A stretch of DNA of 64,000 bases from Deinococcales bacterium (GTDB lineage: Bacteria > Deinococcota > Deinococci > Deinococcales > JAAFIG01), in the NCBI GenBank assembly GCA_013298185.1, contig JAAFJQ010000003.1, forward strand, positions 694-64,693. Direction: 5' to 3'. A model generated the notes under the pieces. It saw only the letters and a program-made list of their open reading frames with translations. It made no database searches and was not told the origin of the DNA. The position numbers were made by a program, and so were the translations under genes. How positions within the stretch are numbered: the first letter of the stretch is position 1; each line of letters opens with the position of its first letter. This document shows positions 55,597 through 64,000 of this stretch, piece after piece.

Positions 55597-56533
55597 AGCC
55601 CTTCAACACCTGTTCTGCCTTGTAACTCGAGCGCACCAACGGACCCGCCACAACCTCGAGGAAACCATACTCGAGGGCTTCAATGCGAATTTCATCAAAT
55701 TCGGCAGGTGGAATATAACGCTCCACAGGCAAGTGGTTACGGGTGGGGCGCAGGTACTGCCCAAAGGTGACAATATCCACGTTAGCAGCTCGAATATCAC
55801 GCAATGCCTCGCGGATTTCTTCTCGGGTTTCGCCAAGTCCGAGCATCAGGCTGGTTTTGGTATACACACTGGGCTTATAGGCTTTTGCGCCTTGAAGCAC
55901 ATGCAGGGTTTGCTCGTAACTTGCCCTCGAGTCTCGGACTGGATGGGTTAAGCGCCGTACCGTCTCGAGGTTCTGGGCATAGACTTCGACACCGCTATCA
56001 ATCACGGTGTAAACACCCTCGAGATTGCCTTGAAAATCTGGGGTCAGGGCTTCGACTTTGGCAGTTGGCACTCGGGTTTTAATAGCCTCTACAGTTCGGG
56101 CAAAATGAGCTGCGCCGCCATCGGGCAGGTCATCGCGGTCTACGCTGGTCAGAACAACGTACTTTAAGCCCATCAGTTCAACCGATTCGGCAATATGATC
56201 TGGTTCGGATTCGTCTATTCGCCCTTGAGGGTTGCCTGTGTTGACCGCACAGAACTTACAGGCTCTGGTACAAACACTTCCCAACAACATAAACGTAGCT
56301 GTACCTGCGCTCCAGCACTCCGCGATATTTGGACACATCGCTTCTTGGCAAACCGTGGCTAAACCATGTCGCCCAACAATATCCTTGATGCTCGAGTAAC
56401 CAATCCCGCTCGGCAAGGAAACTTTTAACCAATCGGGTTTACGTTCACGCACAGGTAGCGGTGCATCTTTAAGACGCACTCCATCTTTCACCACTGGAAA
56501 ATCGTATTCACGGGCAGGTTTAATCACCATCAA
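55595..56533 (-). CDS. lipA: lipoyl synthase
   Basis: 312 aa. Radical-SAM CTRACKFC plus the auxiliary cluster [12 protein letters not shown]. Confidence 0.95.
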   Translation of the reverse strand: MMVIKPAREYDFPVVKDGVRLKDAPLPVRERKPDWLKVSLPSGIGYSSIKDIVGRHGLATVCQEAMCPNIAECWSAGTATFMLLGSVCTRACKFCAVNTGNPQGRIDESEPDHIAESVELMGLKYVVLTSVDRDDLPDGGAAHFARTVEAIKTRVPTAKVEALTPDFQGNLEGVYTVIDSGVEVYAQNLETVRRLTHPVRDSRASYEQTLHVLQGAKAYKPSVYTKTSLMLGLGETREEIREALRDIRAANVDIVTFGQYLRPTRNHLPVERYIPPAEFDEIRIEALEYGFLEVVAGPLVRSSYKAEQVLKG

Positions 56534-56700
56534 ATCTTAAAGCATTTTGGCTTCGATGATTGTGTGCTTAGAGACGCGGTACTCTCACCCCGTGCTACGC
56601 ACGACCCTCTCTCGCAAATTGCGAGAGAGGGTGACTTTTGCGAGAGCATTTTGCGACAGCAAAATGCGGGTGAGATTACCACCCGCTTAAACAACACATA

Positions 56701-56875
56701 GAGCCTCCGAAAGAATGCCATTTCATCGTAAGTTACAGGACAGACACAGGGGTCTGTCCCTACATTCAAGGCATGAAAAATGCGTGAGGTAGGGGCGAAC
56801 CCCCGTGTTCGCCCTGTTTTTCCATTTACGTATTTAATGATAAATCTGTAAGAATTTTGGACCTTTCGGAGGCTC
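56701..56875. mobile_element. MITE-like non-autonomous element in the lipB-lipA spacer
   Basis: Perfect 13-bp terminal inverted repeats GAGCCTCCGAAAG/CTTTCGGAGGCTC. Flanked by the direct repeat AAACAACACATA (56689-56700 and 56877-56888). No ORF. The interior carries two GTAGGG-family hairpins. Confidence 0.75.
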
Positions 56876-56903
56876 TAAACAACACATACAAGTCAAGCAA
56901 AGC

Positions 56904-57575
56904 TCATAGCTCGTAGCTCACCGCTCGCTCCTCGAGCCATTTGTACTCAGCAAACTCGAGCCGAAAAGCCCGCTCGAGATGGGCTTTGGCTTCAGGCATT
57001 GGTATGGAGTGTCCAAGGATTTTTTCTAAACTGGTCATTCGGGTGTCGGTTAAACCACATGGGATGATCAAATCAAAGTCCGCAAGATTGGTGTTGATGT
57101 TCAATGCCAAACCATGCAGGGCAACATTTTGGCGAATCGCAACGCCAATGCTACCGATTTTATCGCTTTCCACGTACACGCCAGCGTACCCCGGGTTGCC
57201 TTGGGCGAGAACACCATACTGCTCGAGCAGCCGAATTTGCACTTGCTCGAGACGACGCAGGAAATCACGCACTTTGCGTCCAACAGGAAAAATCGGATAC
57301 GCCACCAACTGCCCAAGCCCGTGATACGTGGCAGTGCCGCCGCGTTCGGTGCTGATCACATCTATGCCGAGCTTGGCAAGTACCTCGAGCGGGGTGACAA
57401 GGTTGGTGGTTTCAGTGTCTTTGCGCCCGTGGGTGATCACCCTAGGATGCTCGAGCAGCAATAAGGCTGGGGTTGCACCAGCCACCACCCGAGCATGTGT
57501 CTCGAGTTGCAAAGCATAGGCTTGTTGGTAGGGCATGACCCCGAGGTCTTTGGTGATGAACATCTCAAGCTCCAA
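56904..57575 (-). CDS. lipB: octanoyltransferase LipB
   Basis: LLLLEHPRVITHGRK and GGTATYHGLGQLVAYPI. The C-terminal VSYEL and the stop are encoded by a heptamer array. Confidence 0.92.
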   Translation of the reverse strand: MELEMFITKDLGVMPYQQAYALQLETHARVVAGATPALLLLEHPRVITHGRKDTETTNLVTPLEVLAKLGIDVISTERGGTATYHGLGQLVAYPIFPVGRKVRDFLRRLEQVQIRLLEQYGVLAQGNPGYAGVYVESDKIGSIGVAIRQNVALHGLALNINTNLADFDLIIPCGLTDTRMTSLEKILGHSIPMPEAKAHLERAFRLEFAEYKWLEERAVSYEL

Positions 57576-57578
57576 TCA

Positions 57579-58142
57579 TTAGAAACTGACCAGAGGCTCG
57601 AGTTTTTTCAGCATACTCGGTCCAATGCCTTTGACTGCATCTAAATCCTTCAGGCTCGAGAGTGGACGGGCTTCTATAATCCGCGCTGCCATTTTTGGTC
57701 CAACACCTGGTAAACCCTCGATTTGGGCTTGGGTTGCGGTGTTGAGGTTGATTCGTTGACCGGATAGGAGCGGCTGACTCGAGCTTGCTGCACCAGTTTG
57801 GCTTGAGGGGGCGCTACTCATCTGGCTTGAGGGGGCAATTGATTTACTTGGAACACGAACTTGGTCGCCATCGGTCAGGATTTGAGCCGGATTAACAAGG
57901 CTCATTTCGGCTTTGCTGGTTGCACCACCCGCGATCTGAATAGCAGATTCGGTACGAGAACCCCAAGGTAATTGATACACCCCCGGCTTATTGACCTCTC
58001 CTGCCACAGAAACCCGAATAGGTAGGCGCTCGAGTGCATTTTGCGCCGCAGGGATTTCATTGGGGCGCAAAGCAAAAAAACTGGCTCCACCGACAATCGC
58101 CAGTAAACCTGTGAACACCACCATCTCGCGCTTGGCTGCCAT
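57579..58142 (-). CDS. comEA: competence protein ComEA (DNA receptor)
   Basis: Has an N-terminal anchor, an SLBB-like region and the C-terminal helix-hairpin-helix INLNTATQAQIEGLPGVGPKMAARII. Confidence 0.88.
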   Translation of the reverse strand: MAAKREMVVFTGLLAIVGGASFFALRPNEIPAAQNALERLPIRVSVAGEVNKPGVYQLPWGSRTESAIQIAGGATSKAEMSLVNPAQILTDGDQVRVPSKSIAPSSQMSSAPSSQTGAASSSQPLLSGQRINLNTATQAQIEGLPGVGPKMAARIIEARPLSSLKDLDAVKGIGPSMLKKLEPLVSF

Positions 58143-58162
58143 ACTTAAGTCAGTCTAGCATT

Positions 58163-58645
58163 TCAATCGTTTTCTTGGAGTTGCGGCACCAAAAAAGACA
58201 ACAATTCCAGCCTCGAGCGACCAATCACAAAAGCCACCAGACTCGAGGCAAGTAAACCCAGCACACCCCAAGAAAAACCCTCGAACAAAAAAGCCAAAGC
58301 TGCCAGCATCGCAGGAATCGCACTCGAGACAGCCGTTAAAATACAAAAACGCATCAGAACAGGAAAACTGGGTTCTTCTCGAAAAGCCCGTTCCGAAAAA
58401 ACCGCTGCAAAAACATGCAAAGAAACACCAATCACCAAAAACCAAGTCCAAACCTCAACCACCCGACTCGAGCCTCGAGTCAGTAAAATACCAAGCATCA
58501 CCAAAAAAATCAGTCCGACCTGCACAACAAACATGGCTATTTGCAATTGGTGTAAACCTTGGGCAACACGCACCCCGCGCTCTGGGTTGGCTAGACGCAG
58601 CACGGTTTTTTGTTCAATCAGTAAGCGCTGGAGTTTCTCGAGCAT
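58163..58645 (-). CDS. hypothetical integral membrane protein
   Basis: 160 aa with about four hydrophobic segments. Preferred over the overlapping Cys/Phe-rich ORF at 58155-58451. Confidence 0.5.
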   Translation of the reverse strand: MLEKLQRLLIEQKTVLRLANPERGVRVAQGLHQLQIAMFVVQVGLIFLVMLGILLTRGSSRVVEVWTWFLVIGVSLHVFAAVFSERAFREEPSFPVLMRFCILTAVSSAIPAMLAALAFLFEGFSWGVLGLLASSLVAFVIGRSRLELLSFLVPQLQEND

Positions 58646-58658
58646 GGGGTAGTTTAAG

Positions 58659-58770
58659 GGGCTGTGAGCTGTGAGCTATGAGCTTTGAAGGTTAAAGGTC
58701 AAAGAGGAAAGAGGAAAGGTTAAAGATGATTGGTTTACTTTCCTCTTTAACCTTTCCTCTTTTCTCTAAT
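58659..58770. repeat. heptamer array (GCTGTGA type) followed by a 16-bp purine/pyrimidine hairpin
   Basis: GGGGCTGTGAGCTGTGAGCTATGAGCTTTGAAGG, then AGAGGAAAGGTTAAAG...CTTTAACCTTTCCTCT. Confidence 0.8.
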
Positions 58771-59840
58771 TACTCACTCAAACTAAATGGTTGTGCTAAA
58801 CCAGCTTGTGCCACAGTCCTTGCCTCGAGTGGACAAAACGATAGGGCTAGGGCGGCGGTGTAGGCTCGTTTGGCGCGGTCACGCTCGAGCATCAAGTCTC
58901 GGACTTGTCCAAGGCGAGCAAGGACGTAACCTGCTAAGTAACTCGGGCGCTCGAATTGCCCTTGGGAGACTGCCTCGAGTAAATCTCTGGCGCTTGCCCA
59001 GTCGCCCACAGCGAGGTACAAACCACTGGCGGCGAACCGCGCCTCGAGAGCCATTCGTGCTAAAGATGTGTCGGCAGGAGCATCCAAGGCAAGCAATTGA
59101 TGCACCAGTGCATCCAAGTCATCGTGATCTTCTAAGCGGTATGCCCTATCTATGATGGCGCGAAAGCGGCTGGCTTCGCTTGGGGCAAACCCAGTCAGGT
59201 CTGGTAACTCGAGTCCCATTTCAAGCAGCACAGGCACATCATCCAAAGTTGCCAGCAGCACCGCATCTGGCTCGAGGGCAGCCACGACTTTTTGTAGGCG
59301 CTCGATTCGATGAGCTGTGCCAGGACCTTCCTCGAGAATTTGTGTAGTGCGTTGATGATGGGCTGTGACCGTCTCGAGCAAACTGCCATGCACAGTTTGG
59401 GCATCGAGTGGAATCTCGAGTGCGGTTTTCAGGTCGCGTTCGGCGGTGTTAAATTCGGCAAGGCGCTTTTGACCTTGGGGAAACTGCTGCAAAAACTCGA
59501 GCATTTTTTGTTGTTCGGCTTCTGCCCACGCCCAATCTGGGGCAATACCAAAGCAATTGATCCGCGCATCCTCGAGGGCGAACAGCATAGGGTCATCAAG
59601 GTCGCGCCAAGTACCTGATTGCCAGCTTTGGGCGGTGGTGTTCGCCAGCAGCACTTTTTTAGCACCCAAGAAATTCAGTAGCTCAAGAACCGTTTGGGCA
59701 TTGTAAAGCGGGGACTTGGCGTGGAGTGCGCCGAGGGTAGCAATGACGTTCACAGTGCGATGAGTGGCAACAACATTCACAAGGCAATGTATCTTTTTTC
59801 TCGAGGGAATGACAAGGGTTTCTATTTGCAGTTCAGTCAT
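58770..59840 (-). CDS. hypothetical protein with a TPR-like C-terminus
   Basis: 356-aa ORF with native-like CTCGAG density. No family recognised. Confidence 0.5.
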   Translation of the reverse strand: MTELQIETLVIPSRKKIHCLVNVVATHRTVNVIATLGALHAKSPLYNAQTVLELLNFLGAKKVLLANTTAQSWQSGTWRDLDDPMLFALEDARINCFGIAPDWAWAEAEQQKMLEFLQQFPQGQKRLAEFNTAERDLKTALEIPLDAQTVHGSLLETVTAHHQRTTQILEEGPGTAHRIERLQKVVAALEPDAVLLATLDDVPVLLEMGLELPDLTGFAPSEASRFRAIIDRAYRLEDHDDLDALVHQLLALDAPADTSLARMALEARFAASGLYLAVGDWASARDLLEAVSQGQFERPSYLAGYVLARLGQVRDLMLERDRAKRAYTAALALSFCPLEARTVAQAGLAQPFSLSE

Positions 59841-59862
59841 TTTTTTGAAGTATCAATGCGTT

Positions 59863-62527
59863 ATGCTTTGTAATGTGAAAAAAAGTTTACTGATTGGTTT
59901 GCTGGTTGGCGCAGCTTTGCTCCTGCCTCGAGCTGGTGCGCTCGAGCTGAAAACAGAGCGCTACACACTGAAAAACGGTTTGACGGTGATTCTCCACGAG
60001 GACAACCGCAGCCCCAATGTGACCGTGAATTTCTTGGTCAAAGTTGGTTCAAAGGATGAGCCAGACCGCCGCTCTGGTTTTGCCCATTTGTTTGAACACC
60101 TGATGTTCATGGGAACAAAACGTGTTCCTCAAGGGCAATATGACCAGATCATCGAAAGTTACGGCGGCACGAACAATGCTTTTACTGCGCCCGACATGAC
60201 TTTGTACTACTCGAGCGCCCCTGCCAAAGCCCTGCCAACGCTGCTCTGGCTCGAGGCTGACCGGCTCGAGGCGTTGGGTGAGAACATTGACCAGAAAAAA
60301 TTGGATTTGCAACGGGCTGTGGTGTTGAATGAACGGCGGCAAAACACCGAAAACACCCCGTATGGCGAAGCTGATGAAGCGATTAACCAACTGATTTACC
60401 CAAGCGATCACCCATATTATCGAGGCACGATTGGTTCACCCATCGATTTGAATGCGGCGACGGTCGCGGATGTCAAAGCCTTTTTTGCCACGTATTACGT
60501 GCCGAACAACATTTCGCTCTTGGTGGCAGGTAATTTCAAAAGTGGCGGATGTCAAACCACAAATCGAAAAACTCTTTGCTGGTTTAGCCCGTAAAAACGA
60601 TACACTGCGAAAAACCGTACCAGCCAAGGTTTCGATGGGTGAAAAACGCGCTACTTTTGTGGATCGGGTTTCACAACCTCGAGTCAGCATGGTTTGGCGC
60701 GTACCAAAAATTGGTTCGGATGATTACTTAAAACTTGATGTCGTGACCACGATTTTGCAAAACCGTATCAACGAACAACTCTTGGATGAGGGCATTGCCT
60801 CGGATGCCTATGCGTATGTCCAAGGCGGCATCCTCGAGTCTCAGGTGAACTTCACGGCTTTTCCGGGCGAAGGGGTCAGCTTAAGTGCCTTGGAACAAAA
60901 AATGAATGCAATGCTGCAAGAATTTCAGCAAAAAGGTGTCACGGCGGCGGAACTCAGCACAGCTATCGCTGCGACTGAAAAGAATTTACTTGGTGGTATG
61001 CAAGAACTGGTTGGTCGGGCGCAAACCATGAACATAGATGCGTATTATTATGGCAACCCCAACTACACTTTGCAGAGTTTGGAGAAGTACAAGAAACTCA
61101 ACATCAACGCCGTGGTTGCCTCGAGCCGCACTTTTTTACCAAGCAATGACCGCCTGATTTTAACGGTGTTACCAGCCAGCCCAAGCACCGATGCTACCAC
61201 TCGAGACACCCGCCCAAGCGATGCCAGCAGCGCTGCTTTTGCCTTCCCAAAGAACACTGAATTTAAGTTATCCAACGGTATTCCTGTGTCCTACTGGCAA
61301 TCTGGACAATTCCCCATGACTTACCTTGGAGTCTCGAGCAGCCAAGGCACAGGCTCGGAAAGCGTGCTTGGTAGCACGCAGCTCTTGGCAGGATTGCTGG
61401 ATAAGGGCAGCAAAACCAAGAATTTCTCGAGGGTGTTAAGCAGTCTGGGCGCAGATTTAAGTACCAGCGCCGATGTTAAACAACTTTCAATCAACAGCAA
61501 AACCTTATCTCGCAACCTCGAGCCGAGTTTGAAACTGCTGACCGAAGCCATTGCCTCGCCGCTCCTGACCCAAGATGAATTTGAGAATGAACGGGCAGGT
61601 CTGAATTTTGAACGCGAATCCCTGCCCGACGACCCGCGCCGTTTATCGCTCGAGATTGCCATGAATGCCTTTCATGGTGCGAGTCACCCAATGGGGCGTT
61701 TTGTCAGTCCAGCCCAAGTCAAAAAACTGACCTTAGATCAAGTACGAAATCGTTATCGTGAAATCATCAATCCAGCCAACTTAAAAATTTTTATGGCAGG
61801 TGATTTAAGTGTGCAGCAAGTGCGCTCCATCCTCGAGAAAACCATCGGTGCATGGAAAGGCACAGGCGCAACCAAAGCCATGCTGCCGATGCCCGCGCCA
61901 AGCCTAAGTAAAGCCCGTTTACTGATTGTGGATCGCCCAGATTCACCACAAACCTTTGTGCGGGTTTTTACGCCAAGCATTGGGTATAACAGCAATTACC
62001 TCGAGTACGCCACGCTCGGCACGGTTTTGGGAGGGACATTCACCAGCCGACTGATGTCCAATTTACGCGAAGACAAGGGCTACACCTACGGCATTGGCTC
62101 GAGTTTTATATTTGAAAACACTTACGGCATCCTCAACACCCGCAGCGCCGTAGACAGCACCGTGACAGGTGAATCGATCAAGGAAATCCTCAAGGAATTC
62201 AAGTTGATTTCCGAACAAGGCATCACCGATGCGGAAACGCAAAAGGCAGTACAAAGCCAGCTGAGCGGTATTTATGACAGTCTCGCAACGCCAGAGTACA
62301 TTGTGTTTAGCGCATCGTCCTTGAGTGCCGAAGGCAGGAGCTTTGCCAATTTAGCTGCCGAAAGCGCTGCGCTTGGCAGAATCAGCACTGCCAGTGTCAA
62401 TGCCATAGCCAAGAATGCCATTCAACTCGAGAATGCGATTTGGGTCTTGGTCGGCGATAAGAAAACCATTGTGCCGCAACTCGAGGGGTTGGGTTTACCA
62501 GTGCCAGAGGATGTTGTACCGCAGTAA
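59863..62527 (+). pseudogene. M16 (insulinase/pitrilysin) zinc metallopeptidase interrupted by a 1-nt frameshift
   Basis: The HxxEH motif AHLFEHLMF is in the first ORF. The reading GNFK|VADVKPQIEKLF continues in the +1 frame after an A4 run at 60538-60541. The joined length is about 887 aa. Confidence 0.75.
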
Positions 62528-62720
62528 GGAATTCCTTTACGATTGGTCAACAGATCATCTTAACAGCAAAAACCTCTCGAGTACATGTAAAATTGCAGTC
62601 AGTCAGCCCCTCACCCGACTTCGTCACCCTCTCCCAAAGTACGCGCTTCGCGCAGGGAGAGGGGTTCGGGTTCGCTTTTCGTTCCAGTTATGTAACTCGA
62701 GAAGCCAAGTTCATAATACC

Positions 62721-62760
62721 AGCACCCCTCTTTGAGGGGTCGAGCGAAGCGAGGGGGAGT
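62721..62760. repeat. dispersed 40-nt element
   Basis: AGCACCCCTCTTTGAGGGGTCGAGCGAAGCGAGGGGGAGT is the exact reverse complement of 19830-19869. Confidence 0.9.
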
Positions 62761-62884
62761 ACGTAAGGCATTGCGTTTTTACGATTTGATCCTCGAGAAA
62801 ATTCCTTAAGTTAGTGCGAACGTGGCACAGTGTGCTTTGCCCAACGATTCACGGATTTCATTGATGAACAGTTTCTAAGAAACC

Positions 62885-63265
62885 TTATCCAAGCGCCACC
62901 AGCAATGAGCAGCTGAGCAGCCCAACCACATGTGGTAGCCAAAGTACCCGTTCCCAATAACTTGGTGTGATGATGTGTAGCCCCACACCTAAGCCGCAGT
63001 AGGCAACCACAAACCAAATCAGGACTCGAGCCACGCCCAACAAATCTGGAAAGACCACATTGGCTCGAGTCAGTACCACCAGTGCCAAAAACACCAAGAG
63101 CAGCATCGAGACTGCCACCACACGGCGCATGGCGATGGGCAGCACGCCTTGGTGCGCTCCGCCCATGGTCAGGTGTCCCCATGGCGCTCCGAACAAAAGG
63201 GCTGTTTGAAAAAGTAAAGCTATTCCGATTAAAACTGCAAAGCCGTAAGCTGCTAAAAGATTCAT
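62885..63265 (-). CDS. small hypothetical membrane protein
   Basis: 126 aa from the ATG at 63265, with four hydrophobic segments. Confidence 0.5.
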   Translation of the reverse strand: MNLLAAYGFAVLIGIALLFQTALLFGAPWGHLTMGGAHQGVLPIAMRRVVAVSMLLLVFLALVVLTRANVVFPDLLGVARVLIWFVVAYCGLGVGLHIITPSYWERVLWLPHVVGLLSCSLLVALG

Positions 63266-63318
63266 GGTTTGAATTTTGGCGCAACTTGGCTCAGCAAAAC
63301 AGCCTAAAATCTGAGTGG

Positions 63319-63981
63319 ATGATTCCAGACTTTCCAGAGCCACCATTTCAAATTGTTCTCGAGCCGAGTGCCATTGCTTTGCTGTACAAAGAAAAATACC
63401 GTCAATTGCTCGGGGTTTTCATGCCGCAACCAAGAAGCGTTTCTGAAGCTGCCAAGCTACTGACTCGAGACTTAAAACGCACCTTTAACGATGTGCAAAC
63501 ACTTGTGAAACACGGATTACTCCAAGAAATGCCAAGCGCTGGACGGATGCGTTTCTACCAAGCGGTGGCTCAGAATTACTTTATGCCATTTGCTGCCTCG
63601 AGTTTTACTGGTTATGGCGAATTGCTGCAAGACCAATTGCAAGACCTGCAAAAAGCCATGCTTCACAGCCTCGAGCAGTTTTTAGAACAACGCCACCCAA
63701 GCCTTTGGGGGACACGGTTTTTTCTTGACCCAGATGGAAAAACCCATTTTGCTTTAACCCCCAAAGACAACTGGCAACAACAGTGGTTACTCAGTGAATT
63801 GCTGCAAGCCGATTCACCTGCACTGATGCACTTTTTTGGCAGGTTGCAGCTCTTGCCAAGCCAAGCCAAAGACTTGCAACTCGAGTTGGCGCAACTTTGG
63901 CAACGGTATTATTTTCTATCACTCGAGCCTGATGAGCAAAAAACGACTTTTGGCTTGGGGTTGGGACTCGCCCCCATCTGA
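63319..63981 (+). CDS. hypothetical protein
   Basis: 220 aa from the ATG at 63319. The upstream part of the ORF-track call overlaps the membrane-protein gene on the other strand. Confidence 0.45.
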   Translation: MIPDFPEPPFQIVLEPSAIALLYKEKYRQLLGVFMPQPRSVSEAAKLLTRDLKRTFNDVQTLVKHGLLQEMPSAGRMRFYQAVAQNYFMPFAASSFTGYGELLQDQLQDLQKAMLHSLEQFLEQRHPSLWGTRFFLDPDGKTHFALTPKDNWQQQWLLSELLQADSPALMHFFGRLQLLPSQAKDLQLELAQLWQRYYFLSLEPDEQKTTFGLGLGLAPI

Positions 63982-64000
63982 ATAGAGCATGTTGTACTAA

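Noticed and set aside
58155-58451. 98-aa Cys/Phe-rich ORF overlapping the membrane-protein ORF in another frame.
   Set aside because: The longer 160-aa frame has coherent TM-helix segments and a start just after the upstream repeat. The 98-aa frame looks like an off-frame reading.

Overview
The window is a 64-kb chromosomal segment of roughly balanced GC content (judged by eye). I cannot identify the organism. Its gene content includes a giant SlpA-type envelope protein (SLH domain, coiled coil, beta-barrel), gap-pgk, pilT, comEA, cdaA-cdaR and lipB-lipA. That set suggests a diderm bacterium with a Deinococcus-Thermus-like envelope, but this is inference only.

Most genes are housekeeping. 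There is also a LacI-controlled beta-1,3-glucan utilisation locus: a solute-binding protein, two permeases, a secreted clan-A+GH81 fusion enzyme, GH1 and GH43. A small toxin-antitoxin islet is present. I found no rRNA, tRNA, CRISPR array, transposase or phage gene.

The most notable observations:
1. The palindrome CTCGAG is hugely over-represented. I hand-counted 36 copies in the first 6 kb. It occurs in all reading frames and in intergenic hairpins. It is sparse in the slpA gene and in an AT-rich cassette.
2. One 1018-codon ORF fuses two ABC sugar-permease domains to an AT3 acyltransferase domain. It lies behind a LacI-type operator.
3. An antitoxin module is tandemly duplicated, sharing 77 identical nt. 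One copy is paired with a RelE/ParE toxin. The other is paired with an AT-rich SUKH/SMI1-like gene that is start/stop-overlapped with a CoxE-type VWA gene.
4. There are families of 7-nt tandem repeats. (GCTATGA)n arrays abut or supply stop codons. Purine-only arrays form long hairpins and even encode a signal peptide.
5. A 175-bp MITE-like element flanked by a 12-bp direct repeat sits between lipB and lipA.
6. A membrane-anchored protein combines a CxxCH motif with a PHM/DBH-like copper monooxygenase that has all six copper ligands.
7. A three-gene predicted copper-handling cluster is present: a polyferredoxin, a YtkA-like lipoprotein and an N-terminal-His protein.

All functional calls rest on motifs I recognised by eye. 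No database search was run.
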